Position numbers and translations under genes: made by a program. Shown piece after piece: positions 9,968 through 20,744 of a DNA stretch of 64,000 bases; position 1 is the first letter of the stretch, and each line of letters starts with the position of its first letter. Below the pieces are notes generated by a model, which saw only the letters and a list, made by a program, of their open reading frames with translations, was not told the DNA's origin and searched no databases. This DNA comes from an uncultured delta proteobacterium (lineage in GTDB: Bacteria > Desulfobacterota > Binatia > Binatales > Binataceae), in the NCBI GenBank assembly GCA_963724765.1, contig CAVRVY010000003.1:192001-256000 (forward strand). The letters are read 5' to 3'.

Positions 9968-11492
9968 TGAGACTGACCCAAAACCCGAGAAGTATGCCGG
10001 CCATAAGTTGAGAGAACGGCTGGAGGTGTGGTCCTCTGCAAGCAGCCTGAGGAGGGCAGCGGGATGCCGAAGAAGGGCCACGGCGAGGAGCAGATCCTGC
10101 GCGCCTTGCGTCAGGCGGAGAGCGGCACGCGGGTGAGCGAGATCTGCCGCGAGTATGGGATCAGCGACGCGACGCTTTACGTCTGGAAGAAGAAGTACGC
10201 CGGGCTGGGGCTGAGCGAGCTGCGCGAACTGCGGCAGCTGCGCGAGGAGAACGGCAAGCTCAAGCGGCTGGTCGCCGACCTGTCGTTCGATCGTCACATT
10301 CTCCAGGAGATCGTGCAAAAAAAGCTGTAAGGCCCCGTCAGCGGCGCGAGCTCGGGCTGTGGACCCAAGCGGTCTTTGCCCTGAGCGGACGCCGGGCGGC
10401 GGGGCTGATGAACATCACGCGCAAGACCTTGGTGTACCGGAGCCGGCGACCACCGCAGGACGCTCTGCGCATGCGACTGCGTGAGCTGGCGGCGAGCCGG
10501 GTGCGCTTTGGCTATCGGACGGTTGACCGTGATCCTCAGGAGAGAGGGCTGGCGGGTGAACCCAAGCGCATCTACCGACTCTACACCGAGGATGGGCTCA
10601 CGGTGCGGACCAAGCTGCGCAAGAGGCTGGCGCGGCGAGCGCGGGTGGCGACGCCCAAAGCGACGCGGCCGAATGCCAAGTGAAGCATGGACTTCATGAG
10701 CGCAAAACTCCTTGATGGGCGCTGGTTTCGTGTGCTGACGGTAATTGATCAGTTCACGCGGGAATGCCTGACGCTGGTCGCCGACCGCGCGCTCAACGGC
10801 CACCGCGTGGCGCTCGCGCTTTCGCAGGTGGTCGCCGAGCGAGGAACGCCCGAATCGATCACCGCCGATAACGGCAGCGAATTCGCCAGCAAGGCGATGG
10901 ACGGGTGGAGCTACCAGTACGGGGTTCGCCTGGAGTTCATCCGTCCGGGAAAGCCGATTGACAATGGCTACATCGAATCGTTTAACGGTCGGCTTCGCGA
11001 TGCTTGAACGTCGAAACCTTTTTCGATCTGAGTGACGTCCGGGAGAAGCTCGAGCACTGGCGACTGGACTACAACCAGGCGCGACCTCACAGCGCGTTGG
11101 GCGATCGTTCTCCCGAGGAGTTCGTGCGCGAGTGGAAAGAATCGAGCGCGGGCTCTCTGCGCACGGCTGGGCCGGCTAGCGAAACGCCGGCCGGCGCCGT
11201 GCACGACAGCAAGTCCGCCGAAGCAAAACGTTTACCGCTTTTCGTCCCGCCCTCGGATGTGAAGGGCGGGGCCGAAAAGCGGTCCGGGGACACGGCAGAG
11301 CCGGGAGCCGAAAAGGGCCAGTTGTTAGAGGTTGTCAATTGAGTATGTTGAGTGCGTTAAACGCCGGAAATACCGGTACCAATCGACCACACCAGGCCGA
11401 AATCTTTACCGTCGGTCGGCATACTTGCACGGGGCGAGTCATTCCGGGCAGACACTAACCTATCGGTGGGATACTTCGTTGGGGTAAGGTCA
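9968..11492 (+). mobile_element. IS3-family element (orfA 10064-10330 intact, orfB disrupted), inserted in an IS481-like remnant
   Basis: TG...CA ends with imperfect IR, A7G slippery site at 10317-10324, orfB motifs DNGSEF and GKPIDNGYIESFNG, internal TGA at 10681. The flanks rejoin as an IS481-like transposase sequence. Confidence 0.88.
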
Positions 11493-11692
11493 AGACGGCC
11501 GCCGACTCGGCGGGACTTCCAGCGCCAGTAGGCGCGGAAACCGCGTGGGTGCCAGCGGATCACGGGCTGGGCGGGGCCGGCGCGAAAGGCCAGAGTGGAG
11601 GTTCGAATTTCAGCGTCACACTCTAAAGAGCGCTCAGCGCAGGTATTTTGGGGAGCGGGCTCGCAGTGCGTACCAAGGGGAGTCACATCACG

Positions 11693-12622
11693 CTAAAGAC
11701 CCAAGGCGGCGCGCGTTGCCGGGCCCACGATGCCGTCGGCGGTGAGCGCGTATTTTTGCTGAAAATCGGTGACCGCGGCCACCGTCGCCATACCGAAAAC
11801 TCCATCGATGACCAGCGCATAGCCCTTCGCCTTGAGGGCATTTTGCACACTCTCGACGTCGCTGCCCTGCAATAAAGGATCGCGCAGCGACAGCAGTCGT
11901 TCGTCGACGATCTGTGCAGAGGCTCTTACCGTGTCGCCCGCAAGAGCCGACGAGTCGATAGTGACGCTGCGAACTACGATGGGGAGATCGAGATTCCACT
12001 GATTGGCCACGATGAGTTTTCCAAGTTCGACCATTCGGTAGACCGTTTTTTGCAAAAGCGGATTCGCATTCGTAGCCAGCCATTGCTGGCGAACCGAGAT
12101 ATACTGACTGACCCAAGCGTTCTCGCCCAACTTCTGACAGGAGCCACACTGAGCATTGGTGCGATCCCGCATCAGGACCCAACTGCCGTGAACGAAACTG
12201 TCGTATATCACGCAGCATCCGAGAGCGGACGTTATTCCAAGGCCAGTCGCGGACGTCAGCGCGGGGGTCCAATAGACCCGGTTGAAGAATGCGTCCTGAA
12301 CCTGATGCATGACCAGGTCCGAACCCGCCTGATGAAGCAGGTCTTTGAAACCGTGGTCGTTATCGAGCGAGGGATCCTTCAGTTGCAGTCTGCCCATGAA
12401 TGGCTGGAATGAATCGGCGTATTGAGCCCCGGCAGCCGCGACATAAGCCTTTATCAGGAGAAACAGATTGCCGCTCGCCAGCGTCGTCTGCGATCTGCCG
12501 TAGGTCAGATGGCCCGAATCACCCGCCAGCAATGTCACGTTGCCATAGTTGCCGAGCACCCGCCCTGTCTCAAAGATGTTGACGATGGCTTCGGCGGTAG
12601 CCTTTTGGATATCGGTCGGCAT
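11693..12622 (-). CDS. lysozyme-superfamily (chitosanase/GH46-like) glycoside hydrolase with C-terminal peptidoglycan-binding domain
   Basis: IVNIFETG, GDSGHLTYGRSQTT, IYDSFVHG; tail GSDVESVQNAL...DGVFG...FQQKYALTADGIVGPAT (PG_binding_1). Confidence 0.85.
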   Translation of the reverse strand: MPTDIQKATAEAIVNIFETGRVLGNYGNVTLLAGDSGHLTYGRSQTTLASGNLFLLIKAYVAAAGAQYADSFQPFMGRLQLKDPSLDNDHGFKDLLHQAGSDLVMHQVQDAFFNRVYWTPALTSATGLGITSALGCCVIYDSFVHGSWVLMRDRTNAQCGSCQKLGENAWVSQYISVRQQWLATNANPLLQKTVYRMVELGKLIVANQWNLDLPIVVRSVTIDSSALAGDTVRASAQIVDERLLSLRDPLLQGSDVESVQNALKAKGYALVIDGVFGMATVAAVTDFQQKYALTADGIVGPATRAALGL

Positions 12623-12678
12623 TGGCGTTCACTCCTGAGCGACGCGCAATCGGCTTAAGAAACTTGCGTCGTACAACG

Positions 12679-14562
12679 TCATTTGGTGATGATTACGACC
12701 GGCCACGCCGCCATCTGTCCATCGGGATTGGTCACCGAGAGTTCCGGCTTTTTGGTCGGCTCCGGAGGAGGTGCGACAGCGCCTGCTCCGGCGGCGCCAG
12801 CGCCTCCGGCAAGCGGAGCGGTTGGTCTCGGCGCCTGCATCGCGACGATCTTGTCGATCAAGTCTTTGTCTCGCACCGTCAGCCGTAGTTCGGATGCCAA
12901 GTTGTCGTCAGTGGCCTTGTCGTCGCGGGTTACCATTTCGACCACATTTTTGGTTGCTCCAGCCGCGGAGGCTTTCACGTAAGGCACCTTCAATTCGCCG
13001 AATCTGATACCGCAATCGGTGGCCAGACTCTGGCCGATGATGCTGACGGTCAGCCTGTCGTTGCGCCCTGCCGCAGGCGGTGGAACGATATCCGGTTCCC
13101 ACGATGCCATGGTCGCCATGATGATTGGCCCGGGTTTACGCACCATCTTGCCGCCCAGGTATCCAGCCGAACTTGCGCCCATCAGTAAAAGGAATCCTTG
13201 CGGAACCGCCGGCAGGTTATGGAGCGAGCTCGGATCTGCTAGAAAGGTCAGCGATAGAAACGATACAACGCCTACGATCGTCCATACGACAAACTGGACT
13301 CGCTCTGGCACCACAACGCCACCGACCGTCAGCAGGTCGGCCCAGCCGGGTTGGACTTTTCCGGCGCCTTTCGATCCCACTGCGGACGCTATGCCGGTCG
13401 CGACCACGGAAGTTCCGACGCTCAATCCCAGGATGCCAGGCAGATTTCCGGGAACGTCAGAAAACTCGAATGTTCCCTGGATCAGGCTGCGCACCAGGGT
13501 GAGGTACGAATATCCAAGGACTACTCCAAACGTCCATAAATAGAATTGAAACTTGGAGAGGCTATAAGTGTCGGTTTCTGCATCCAGCATGAGGGCGGTC
13601 ATCAACTTGTATGACTTTCCGGCGATTTTTTTCTGCGCGGGGCGGCTTAGGATCAGACTCAAGATCGCAATAATCACGGCCACAAAGATCAACGCCCACC
13701 ATCGCGGGGTTGCGCTGTTAACGCGTGAAATCGTCACTGTCCTGAGGGCCGAGGATTGTGTTCCGATGTTGACCGCGAGGCTGTCGATGCCGCCATAGGT
13801 TGCGATGGGAATGCCGGTTAGACGAATTTCGCGGCCATTTTGATCGACCGTTCCGACTATGTCGCACGCCGCGCATGGCTTCGGGTCGCCGCAATTCCAG
13901 CAAACTTTCAACTCGTTGTTGTTAACCAAGATGCGATTATCCTTGCCGGCGAGACTGAAATTATCGCCGCTTAAGATCAGGTTTGCGCTCTGGGCGGGCT
14001 GAGAAGGGCCGTTGGTGGAAGATTCCAGGCATCCATTGGTGTTGTTGGCCGGGTAGGCCACCTCGGGCGTGACACCGAGCAAAGCAGGCCCCTCGCTGGT
14101 CTCGCGCACAACCCTGAGAGGCACGAAGGGGGACGTGCCGAGACCGGAGGTCGAAACCGGCACTGCTTTATATAGGCGGATTTCATAGGTCCCAATCGGG
14201 AGATCGAATGGAACTATCGCGCCGCAGGAACCGTCGCCTGCTTTTGCCCGGACACACGGCACCAGCTTTTGCGTCGAATTGTCGCATCCATTTTCGTTTG
14301 GTTTACTATGCGGCACACAGGCTTCCATGAACACAGCAACGGTTTGGTCCAGGAGGTCGTTCGGGCTAACTGCATTGAGTTGGACGGTCGCTCCGCGCGC
14401 CGCCTGCCCGGGCCCGGCTGAAGTCAGAGGTATAAGGTGATCCGAACCTGAATCGTCGGCGAGCGCAGTCGACGTTACTGAAAGGGCGGGCGAACCGGCG
14501 AGTGCCAATATGACGGCGGCTATGATCGCCCGCGCAGGTACCCATCGAAGTTCCCAATCCAT
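12679..14562 (-). CDS. secreted/membrane protein with Cys-containing Ig/IPT-like domains and a duplicated multi-TM unit
   Basis: Signal peptide; repeated motif (SKFQFYLWT...PGILGLSVGT / ERVQFVVWT...LLLMGASSAG); GGAGG RBS. Confidence 0.7.
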   Translation of the reverse strand: MDWELRWVPARAIIAAVILALAGSPALSVTSTALADDSGSDHLIPLTSAGPGQAARGATVQLNAVSPNDLLDQTVAVFMEACVPHSKPNENGCDNSTQKLVPCVRAKAGDGSCGAIVPFDLPIGTYEIRLYKAVPVSTSGLGTSPFVPLRVVRETSEGPALLGVTPEVAYPANNTNGCLESSTNGPSQPAQSANLILSGDNFSLAGKDNRILVNNNELKVCWNCGDPKPCAACDIVGTVDQNGREIRLTGIPIATYGGIDSLAVNIGTQSSALRTVTISRVNSATPRWWALIFVAVIIAILSLILSRPAQKKIAGKSYKLMTALMLDAETDTYSLSKFQFYLWTFGVVLGYSYLTLVRSLIQGTFEFSDVPGNLPGILGLSVGTSVVATGIASAVGSKGAGKVQPGWADLLTVGGVVVPERVQFVVWTIVGVVSFLSLTFLADPSSLHNLPAVPQGFLLLMGASSAGYLGGKMVRKPGPIIMATMASWEPDIVPPPAAGRNDRLTVSIIGQSLATDCGIRFGELKVPYVKASAAGATKNVVEMVTRDDKATDDNLASELRLTVRDKDLIDKIVAMQAPRPTAPLAGGAGAAGAGAVAPPPEPTKKPELSVTNPDGQMAAWPVVIITK

Positions 14563-14868
14563 CGCTGCCTCCCTGTCAAGGTGCGGCCTGGCTCACTATC
14601 GAGGGCGGTGCAATGAGCGACCCTGCTTCCGCCTTCGAGGAGATGGAAATCCTTAGAAGCTCACAAGACCCATTTCGTTTCGCATCGTCTTGGGGGAACT
14701 ATTGTCCGCTTTTACAGAGTGGGCCATCGAATGTCTAGCGAACGTAAACCGATAGTGAACACAATTCCACACACGTTTAGCATCATACGACGGCGAACTG
14801 GTTGTGTTAGGCGTCTCTTAGGGCTAGTAAGCAGAGAGATTTGCAGACTAGACAGGGGGGTCGAACAG

Positions 14869-15846
14869 ATGAACGCGGATGTCGCACATATATATCAGTA
14901 TGCAACCACCATCATCACCAAGGCGTCGCTGTTCCTGAATGTCATGAGGCCGTCAATGGGTGGCCAGGATGATCCCAGCCAGAATCTGAGGCTCACGACC
15001 TCGACGCAGGAAACGGTCAGTGCGGAACTCATAAGGCAGCTAAAAGACAGCAACATCGTGTCACCGTCCGCGATTGGGCTGATATTTGCGACCGCGTTGC
15101 CAATCGTGCTGGACGGCGCAAACCAGGGCGGACAGGGTTCGCTGCTCGGGTTCGTCGGCACTTCGGCGGCACTTCCGTTCAAACTGATCAGAGATGTGGT
15201 TACGGGAAAAGACCCGCTGGGTGAGATTCAGAGTTTGCCCGGGGAACTGCGCGGGGCATTGTCTCAGATGGCCCCCTCGCTTTTCCATCTGTCGTTTCTG
15301 CTGGTGAACCAGGTAGAGGTCGCACTGTCAGTCCTGCCTACGTTGCAAATGTTCAAGCAGTCCGAAGCTGCAATGGCGAATGTCGAAAAGGCTCTGGGCG
15401 ATTATTTCTTCACTGACGGTTTCGCCACGATCGATGGCGATAGGATCTCGCGTCCCCAGTTTACGGACGTCGCAACCGGAGACCTGCGGACGCTCAAATC
15501 GCTGGTATCACAGAAATCGGGAGCTGACTTCGTTCGCAACGCCGTGCGGATACCTATAGAAGCGGGCGCCGACGTCGAATACGACCTGCAAAAAAGACTG
15601 GCCCACGCGATGACCAAGGTTTTTGGCGCAGCTCCGACAGCCACTCAGCACGAGAAGCTGAGGTCGTGGATGAAGGGGTTCGCTTCGAACGCGGAATCTA
15701 CCACTACCGCGGCAGTCGAAGCCCTTGTGTTGGGCGCGGGAGCGGCCCAGTCTAACTCGCTGATTGGAGCAGCTAGTGGTACCGCCGCCGGCACGATCGC
15801 CAGAAAGGCGACGCAACATGTATTTCTCAGGGAACTCGGAGTCTAG
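14869..15846 (+). CDS. hypothetical protein with hydrophobic hairpin and C-terminal Gly/Ala zipper
   Basis: Long ORF with a G-rich RBS before ATG 14869; LGAGAAQSNSLIGAASGTAAG; 63 nt before the second patatin. Confidence 0.65.
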   Translation: MNADVAHIYQYATTIITKASLFLNVMRPSMGGQDDPSQNLRLTTSTQETVSAELIRQLKDSNIVSPSAIGLIFATALPIVLDGANQGGQGSLLGFVGTSAALPFKLIRDVVTGKDPLGEIQSLPGELRGALSQMAPSLFHLSFLLVNQVEVALSVLPTLQMFKQSEAAMANVEKALGDYFFTDGFATIDGDRISRPQFTDVATGDLRTLKSLVSQKSGADFVRNAVRIPIEAGADVEYDLQKRLAHAMTKVFGAAPTATQHEKLRSWMKGFASNAESTTTAAVEALVLGAGAAQSNSLIGAASGTAAGTIARKATQHVFLRELGV

Positions 15847-15909
15847 ACGAGCCTCTTTCCTTCGACCGTAACTGCCACAGACTCAAGTGGTTCATGCGAG
15901 GGGGACGCG

Positions 15910-17628
15910 ATGACGGACGAACGACGACTTGCGATTTGCATCAAGGGCGGCGTATCACTGGGTGCGTACGAGGCGGGCGTTTTGGCGAAGACGCTTGAAC
16001 TCATTGCGAACAACAACTTTATAGCCGACAACATCCCGCAGGCGCACGCGATTCCCTGGTACATCGACACGTTGGCGGGCGCGAGCGCGGGATCGATGAC
16101 ATCCGTAGCCACCGCCTGCATCCTGCTAAATAGCAGCAGCAATTATCTCGCTGAGATGTGGGTTCACAAGGCCGCGCTCTCGACCCTGGCCCCCGATTCC
16201 TCCATTGGTACAGATTTGGGTTACCAGAAAGGCGATGACATGCTGGCGGCGTCTTCGCTCGATGCGCTGGCGATAGATTTTGACGCACCACCGCCGTTGG
16301 TAACGAAACGTCATCCGGCGCTGCGCCCGGGCTACGCGATTATCCGAACGATTTTCTCGCTCTCGAACATCAACGGCGTTCCCAATCCCGTCGATACGCT
16401 CAATGGTAGCTCGCTGGTGTTTCGTGAGTACGCCGATGCGGCCCGATTCGACATTACCGTCGATGATGCCGGCAGGTTGTACGTAAGCGGCTCCGACACA
16501 CGGGCTGCCGCCTCTATTCAAGCGAATGACGACAGCGGTACTGCGTGGTATGCCATGATTCAATCGGCAATTGCTTCGGGGTCTTTCCCATTGGCTTTTT
16601 CCCCGCGTGGATTGTGGCGGTGGCATGCGGATCGTCACGAGTATTCTGCCGAGTACTACTCGGACGGTGGGCTATTCGATAACGATCCTGTCGGCAAGCT
16701 TATCAATCTGGCACACGAGACGGATTGGGCTCCCGGAAACGCCGTCTATCAGGACAATCAGCGACGATTCATGGTGGTGCACACCGCTCCCACTGATTTG
16801 TCCGACCCATCTATCAAAGCTCCTTGTCCAACGCTGGAGCTTAATCCAATCGACTTGGCCAGAAAGCTGATTCCCGCGTTCGTCAACGAATCGATGGAGA
16901 GCGGTTTGCGAGGGATCACCACAGTCAATCTCCAGTTCGCGCAGCGAATGTCGGTCCTCAATCGTCTGGCCAAGTTCGCCGCCACGTCTTCTGTCGCCCC
17001 TGGCGGGCCTTCTCCACTTATGGCCGCGATCTCCGCATTGGCGACACTGCGCGGATTCAGTGACGATCAGATCAATCAATTACGCGGATTCCTGATTCCG
17101 GATCTGAAGGACACCGATCCAATTCTCCACGACTATGTGATTAAGCTTCCTGCTGGGGCCCAGAGGGTATTCGAGGATTTTGCCATTTTCTTCGACCTTT
17201 CCTTTGACCTGGCAGACAAGGTTCCGATCAAGCCTATCCTGATCGCCCCCTCACCGGGCGAGTCTCTTTCAGGAGATCCACTCTTCGCCTTCGCAGGATT
17301 TTTTTCTCAGACCCTGCGAGAATGCGACTTTGCAAGAGGCCAGTACGACGCGTTCAAGGCTTGGGAGGCGATAAGCAAAGGACCCGAGAAGGACTTTACA
17401 ATCGAGGGCGTCGAGGCTCCTTCTCCGGTCGGCGATCGCCAACCGGACACAGATGCGCCCTCATCATCGAGCGAATACACCAAAGGCCTTGAAGTATTCC
17501 GGAAGCGGCTGAAACTCGTCATCGATAGGGCTGTGGATGAGCTGAAATCCGAATCGGGGCTTGCCGCTAAGGTTGGGTTGGATCTCCTTCAGATACTTGC
17601 CAACCTCGGTGTGGGCACAATCGGTTGA
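15910..17628 (+). CDS. large patatin-like phospholipase
   Basis: KGGVSLGAY, GASAG, ASGSFP, YSDGG. Confidence 0.88.
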   Translation: MTDERRLAICIKGGVSLGAYEAGVLAKTLELIANNNFIADNIPQAHAIPWYIDTLAGASAGSMTSVATACILLNSSSNYLAEMWVHKAALSTLAPDSSIGTDLGYQKGDDMLAASSLDALAIDFDAPPPLVTKRHPALRPGYAIIRTIFSLSNINGVPNPVDTLNGSSLVFREYADAARFDITVDDAGRLYVSGSDTRAAASIQANDDSGTAWYAMIQSAIASGSFPLAFSPRGLWRWHADRHEYSAEYYSDGGLFDNDPVGKLINLAHETDWAPGNAVYQDNQRRFMVVHTAPTDLSDPSIKAPCPTLELNPIDLARKLIPAFVNESMESGLRGITTVNLQFAQRMSVLNRLAKFAATSSVAPGGPSPLMAAISALATLRGFSDDQINQLRGFLIPDLKDTDPILHDYVIKLPAGAQRVFEDFAIFFDLSFDLADKVPIKPILIAPSPGESLSGDPLFAFAGFFSQTLRECDFARGQYDAFKAWEAISKGPEKDFTIEGVEAPSPVGDRQPDTDAPSSSSEYTKGLEVFRKRLKLVIDRAVDELKSESGLAAKVGLDLLQILANLGVGTIG

Positions 17629-17867
17629 GAAAACCACAGCCCTGTTTTGTTGGTGACGCGCGCCGTCACCTCACGCTGGCAACGCCAGCGTACCCGGTTC
17701 GAGATGCCTTGGGGCACTGAGTAGTCGGGATCAGGCCGCTTCGATTGATGAGAGTTGCGCGCAGCTCTTGGCCACGAGCACTTTGCAGTACCGCGCCCAA
17801 TTCATCGCCGATCGCCCGCGGCGGTTTCGCCCGCCGGGTCCGGAACGAAATAGCACAACATCTGGGT

Positions 17868-18062
17868 ATGCCGTGGTAGAACGGCCACGTCGAGCGGCTC
17901 ATCGGCTCGATCTCGAGCGAATATCTTGATCACCCTCGTCCAGGCATATCTCCTTTTGGACAAGAATGCATAGGATTTTCGGCGCCCGCCGAAGCTTGGC
18001 CCATCAATTTTGCGCGCGCTTTACCATCAATACGTCGGGGTTTAGTGCTTGACTTAAGCACA
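17868..18062 (+). mobile_element. IS481-like 3' remnant
   Basis: PW*NGHVERLIGSI; terminus ...GACTTAAGCACA. Confidence 0.7.
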
Positions 18063-18558
18063 GGCAATAGAGCGAACAGCAGACATAGAGGTGAACCAAC
18101 CACCTGGTGCACACTCATACAATTAAATATGAGTTGCCTTTGTTCGGTCTGCTTCATTGCCCTTTCCTGGTGCTGCTCGGTGTTGGTCTTTTTAACTGTC
18201 TGTGGCTCGGCGGATTGCTCCCGGTTAGACTTCTTTCTCGCTGGCCAGATCCGATTGGCGGCCAGATCCGATTGGCGTTCCTCCGATCGACCTCGCTTTT
18301 CAAGCTCCTCTTTCTTGGCGATCTCAGTAGTTACCTGCCTTAAGCCGCGATTCCCTTAATGCGAGTTGCATTTTTTCTACGAGATCTGGTTGAAACACCT
18401 ATAACCGGGACTCGCCCCGCTCGTCCAAAAAAACCGCTTGTCTGGCATCCTCGAGTAGCTTTGCGGTGCTGTGATCGCATGACGCCATACGGGCTCGCCG
18501 CAACTTAGATATCAACCCGAATCCTTTCGCGGACCGCGCTGCTTGGCGGAGGTTTGAA

Positions 18559-18654
18559 AGGCCCCTTGTGCTGGAGGAATTTGATACGACGGTTGTGGTC
18601 CCCCCCGGGTTGGCCGCCTCGCTCGACCGACTCGGCAATATAATTATTCGCACC
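18559..18654 (+). pseudogene. hydantoinase/oxoprolinase C-terminal fragment
   Basis: PLVLEEFDTTVVVPPG...LDRLGNIII. Confidence 0.6.
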
Positions 18655-18853
18655 CGTACTCAGGAAAGCTTAGTAGTCGTCATCCAACGATATAGATAGA
18701 CGTGGTTCTTTGATATGGGTGGTTGGCTAGGCGACCGAAAATCTGAGGAATGTGCGCAGTTGTGTTTCGTGAGTTCGGCCGTCCAGGAGTGCTTAAGAGC
18801 TCTGTTCCACCATGACCGCGTCTCCTGCGTTGTGAGTTCAAATTTAAGACACC

Positions 18854-20088
18854 TCACGCTTTACTCGCTATCTCTTCTGGGGACCCAACTGTCAACAACT
18901 TGACCAATTTATCCATAGCTGCAAATACGATCTCGACGCTGTAACCAGCCAAGAAAGCTAGAGCGACTGAGGATATGGACTTCGATTGTAAAAACCAAAC
19001 AACGGCCACTCCAGTTAAAGCGCCGATAATGACTCTCAGGTGGTAGCCATAGCTGGTCGATGCCGTATAAGTTTTCTGCTGAATCTCTAAATTTAGGCTG
19101 CGTAAGATGTACACTAGGGTACCAAGCAGCCCATAAAGAAATGGAAGTACAAATTGTTGAAGTGCCTGTAGCGCAAATGAAGCCTGGACTTTCATTTTCG
19201 CTATGACAACTGTCCTGCGGCCGTCAAACCAACCAGCCGGACCTCTTCTGGACCGCCCTCGCTTTTCGCACCTGGAACCGTCTCTGTTCGGAACAGGAGC
19301 TTTTCATCCTGTTCCTGTTCCTCAACTGACATTCGCCAGGGTGTTATCAGGTATCGCCAAACATGTGTCCAGCCCCGCAACGTGACATAATACCCCGCAA
19401 GAATGGCCACGTGGTCATAGAATCTCTGTCTCAGTTGAAACATCTCGCTCGGCGTCGGAGTGGGTGCAACTAGAGACTCACTTGACCCAGTCTGCTCGTT
19501 TGGGGACTCAGTCGCCTTGCTTACGTCTGGCTGGCTCTTAAAAGGTGCTTCAGCTGCCATTCTCGCTGTATTATCGTTCGAGCCCGTTAAATTTTCACCA
19601 GTTTTAAACCCATATAACTGAGCTACATAGCTTGCCAATTGGTACTGTGTCTGGTCGATGGACTGAGTTATGTCATGACCGATTAGCCAATAGATTTGTG
19701 CCGCCACAAGCAAGAGGAATGTGATGGCTGTAAGTGTCGTGTATCTTCTAATAGCGCGGCGCGCTAGGGATGCACCAAACCACCTATCTGGTATCTCTGT
19801 TATTGCTTTCAGGCTCTCGACCGTTACAGGCTTTGCTAGGCTGCAAAGTTTCGCATAGATGACCCAAAAAGCAGCTTCCTCAGTTGGGTCCAAGTCTGTG
19901 CCAGCGGTTATCTTTTCCTCAATGCCGATGAGAGAAGAGACTTCTGTCTGGTCAACGTTAAGACCCACCTTCACCGCGTGGGTCAACAACAACATGGCGT
20001 CATCAATTTCAGTTTGCGCGCTAGGATGGTGTTGAGCTGTGGATGGTGGAAGCTTTTTATGAGCTTCTTGGGCAGCGTCGTGTTTCAT
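18854..20088 (-). pseudogene. multi-TM hypothetical protein split by a frameshift (19201-20088 and 18854-19195)
   Basis: The two ORFs are 5 nt apart in different frames. The C-terminal part has LPFLYGLLG...RVIIGALTG...LAFLAGYSVE TM motifs and stays open upstream of its ATG. Confidence 0.6.
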
Positions 20089-20744
20089 TTCGTTTTACCT
20101 ATGCCCACGAGCCTGATTCGGTGCTTGGATTCTTAACCGGAATTTCCTTTTTAAATCCTGATTCAGACTCACACCAAGACTGTTTGGTTTGCAAACGCAA
20201 AGATCAAGCCGGGTTTTGAGCGCGAAGGGCCTTCCACCGCGCCGCAACAGACCGGTTTTGCCTCGTGTTGACATAAGATCCCGAAACCGCCGCTTCTCCG
20301 ACCGAATTCTCAGACACTTCCGCCTGCGCCCCAGCATCGTCACCGAAATTTGCTCCGCCCTGTGCTCGCCTTATCCCGCCGGCGACGGCAGCGCCGCGAT
20401 CTTCCGCAGCATGCCGGCAAACAGCCGCCGGGTCAGATGTCCCTCGGCCAACAGCAACCAGTAGTAGCGCGCATGTTGGATGAGCCGTCCGCCGGTCTTC
20501 ACCAACCGCTGCTGCAAGCTGGTCAGCGACCACTTCCCGATCGGCGCGGGCAGCGCCAGCCGCCGCCACAAATTCCCCAGGTTATAGGCGATGACGCTCA
20601 GCCACAGTCGCACCTCGTTGGCGCGGAAGCGCTGGCAGGAAAGCCGCGTCATCTTCACTGCTTGCTTGCCTTCCTTGATCCATTGCTCCGCAGTGCCGCG
20701 TTTGTTGTAGAAGCGCACCACCGTCCGGCTTGAAGTCCCAAGAT

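Noticed and set aside
10681-10683. Selenocysteine at the in-frame TGA of IS3 orfB
   Set aside because: It sits at the conserved Trp of the W-S-M-D motif in a gene with other frameshifts, so it is a TGG-to-TGA nonsense change.
11693-12622. Prophage endolysin
   Set aside because: No capsid, terminase or tail genes nearby.
19195-19203. TAG readthrough (pyrrolysine) joining the two ORFs
   Set aside because: The ORFs are in different frames, so this is a frameshift.
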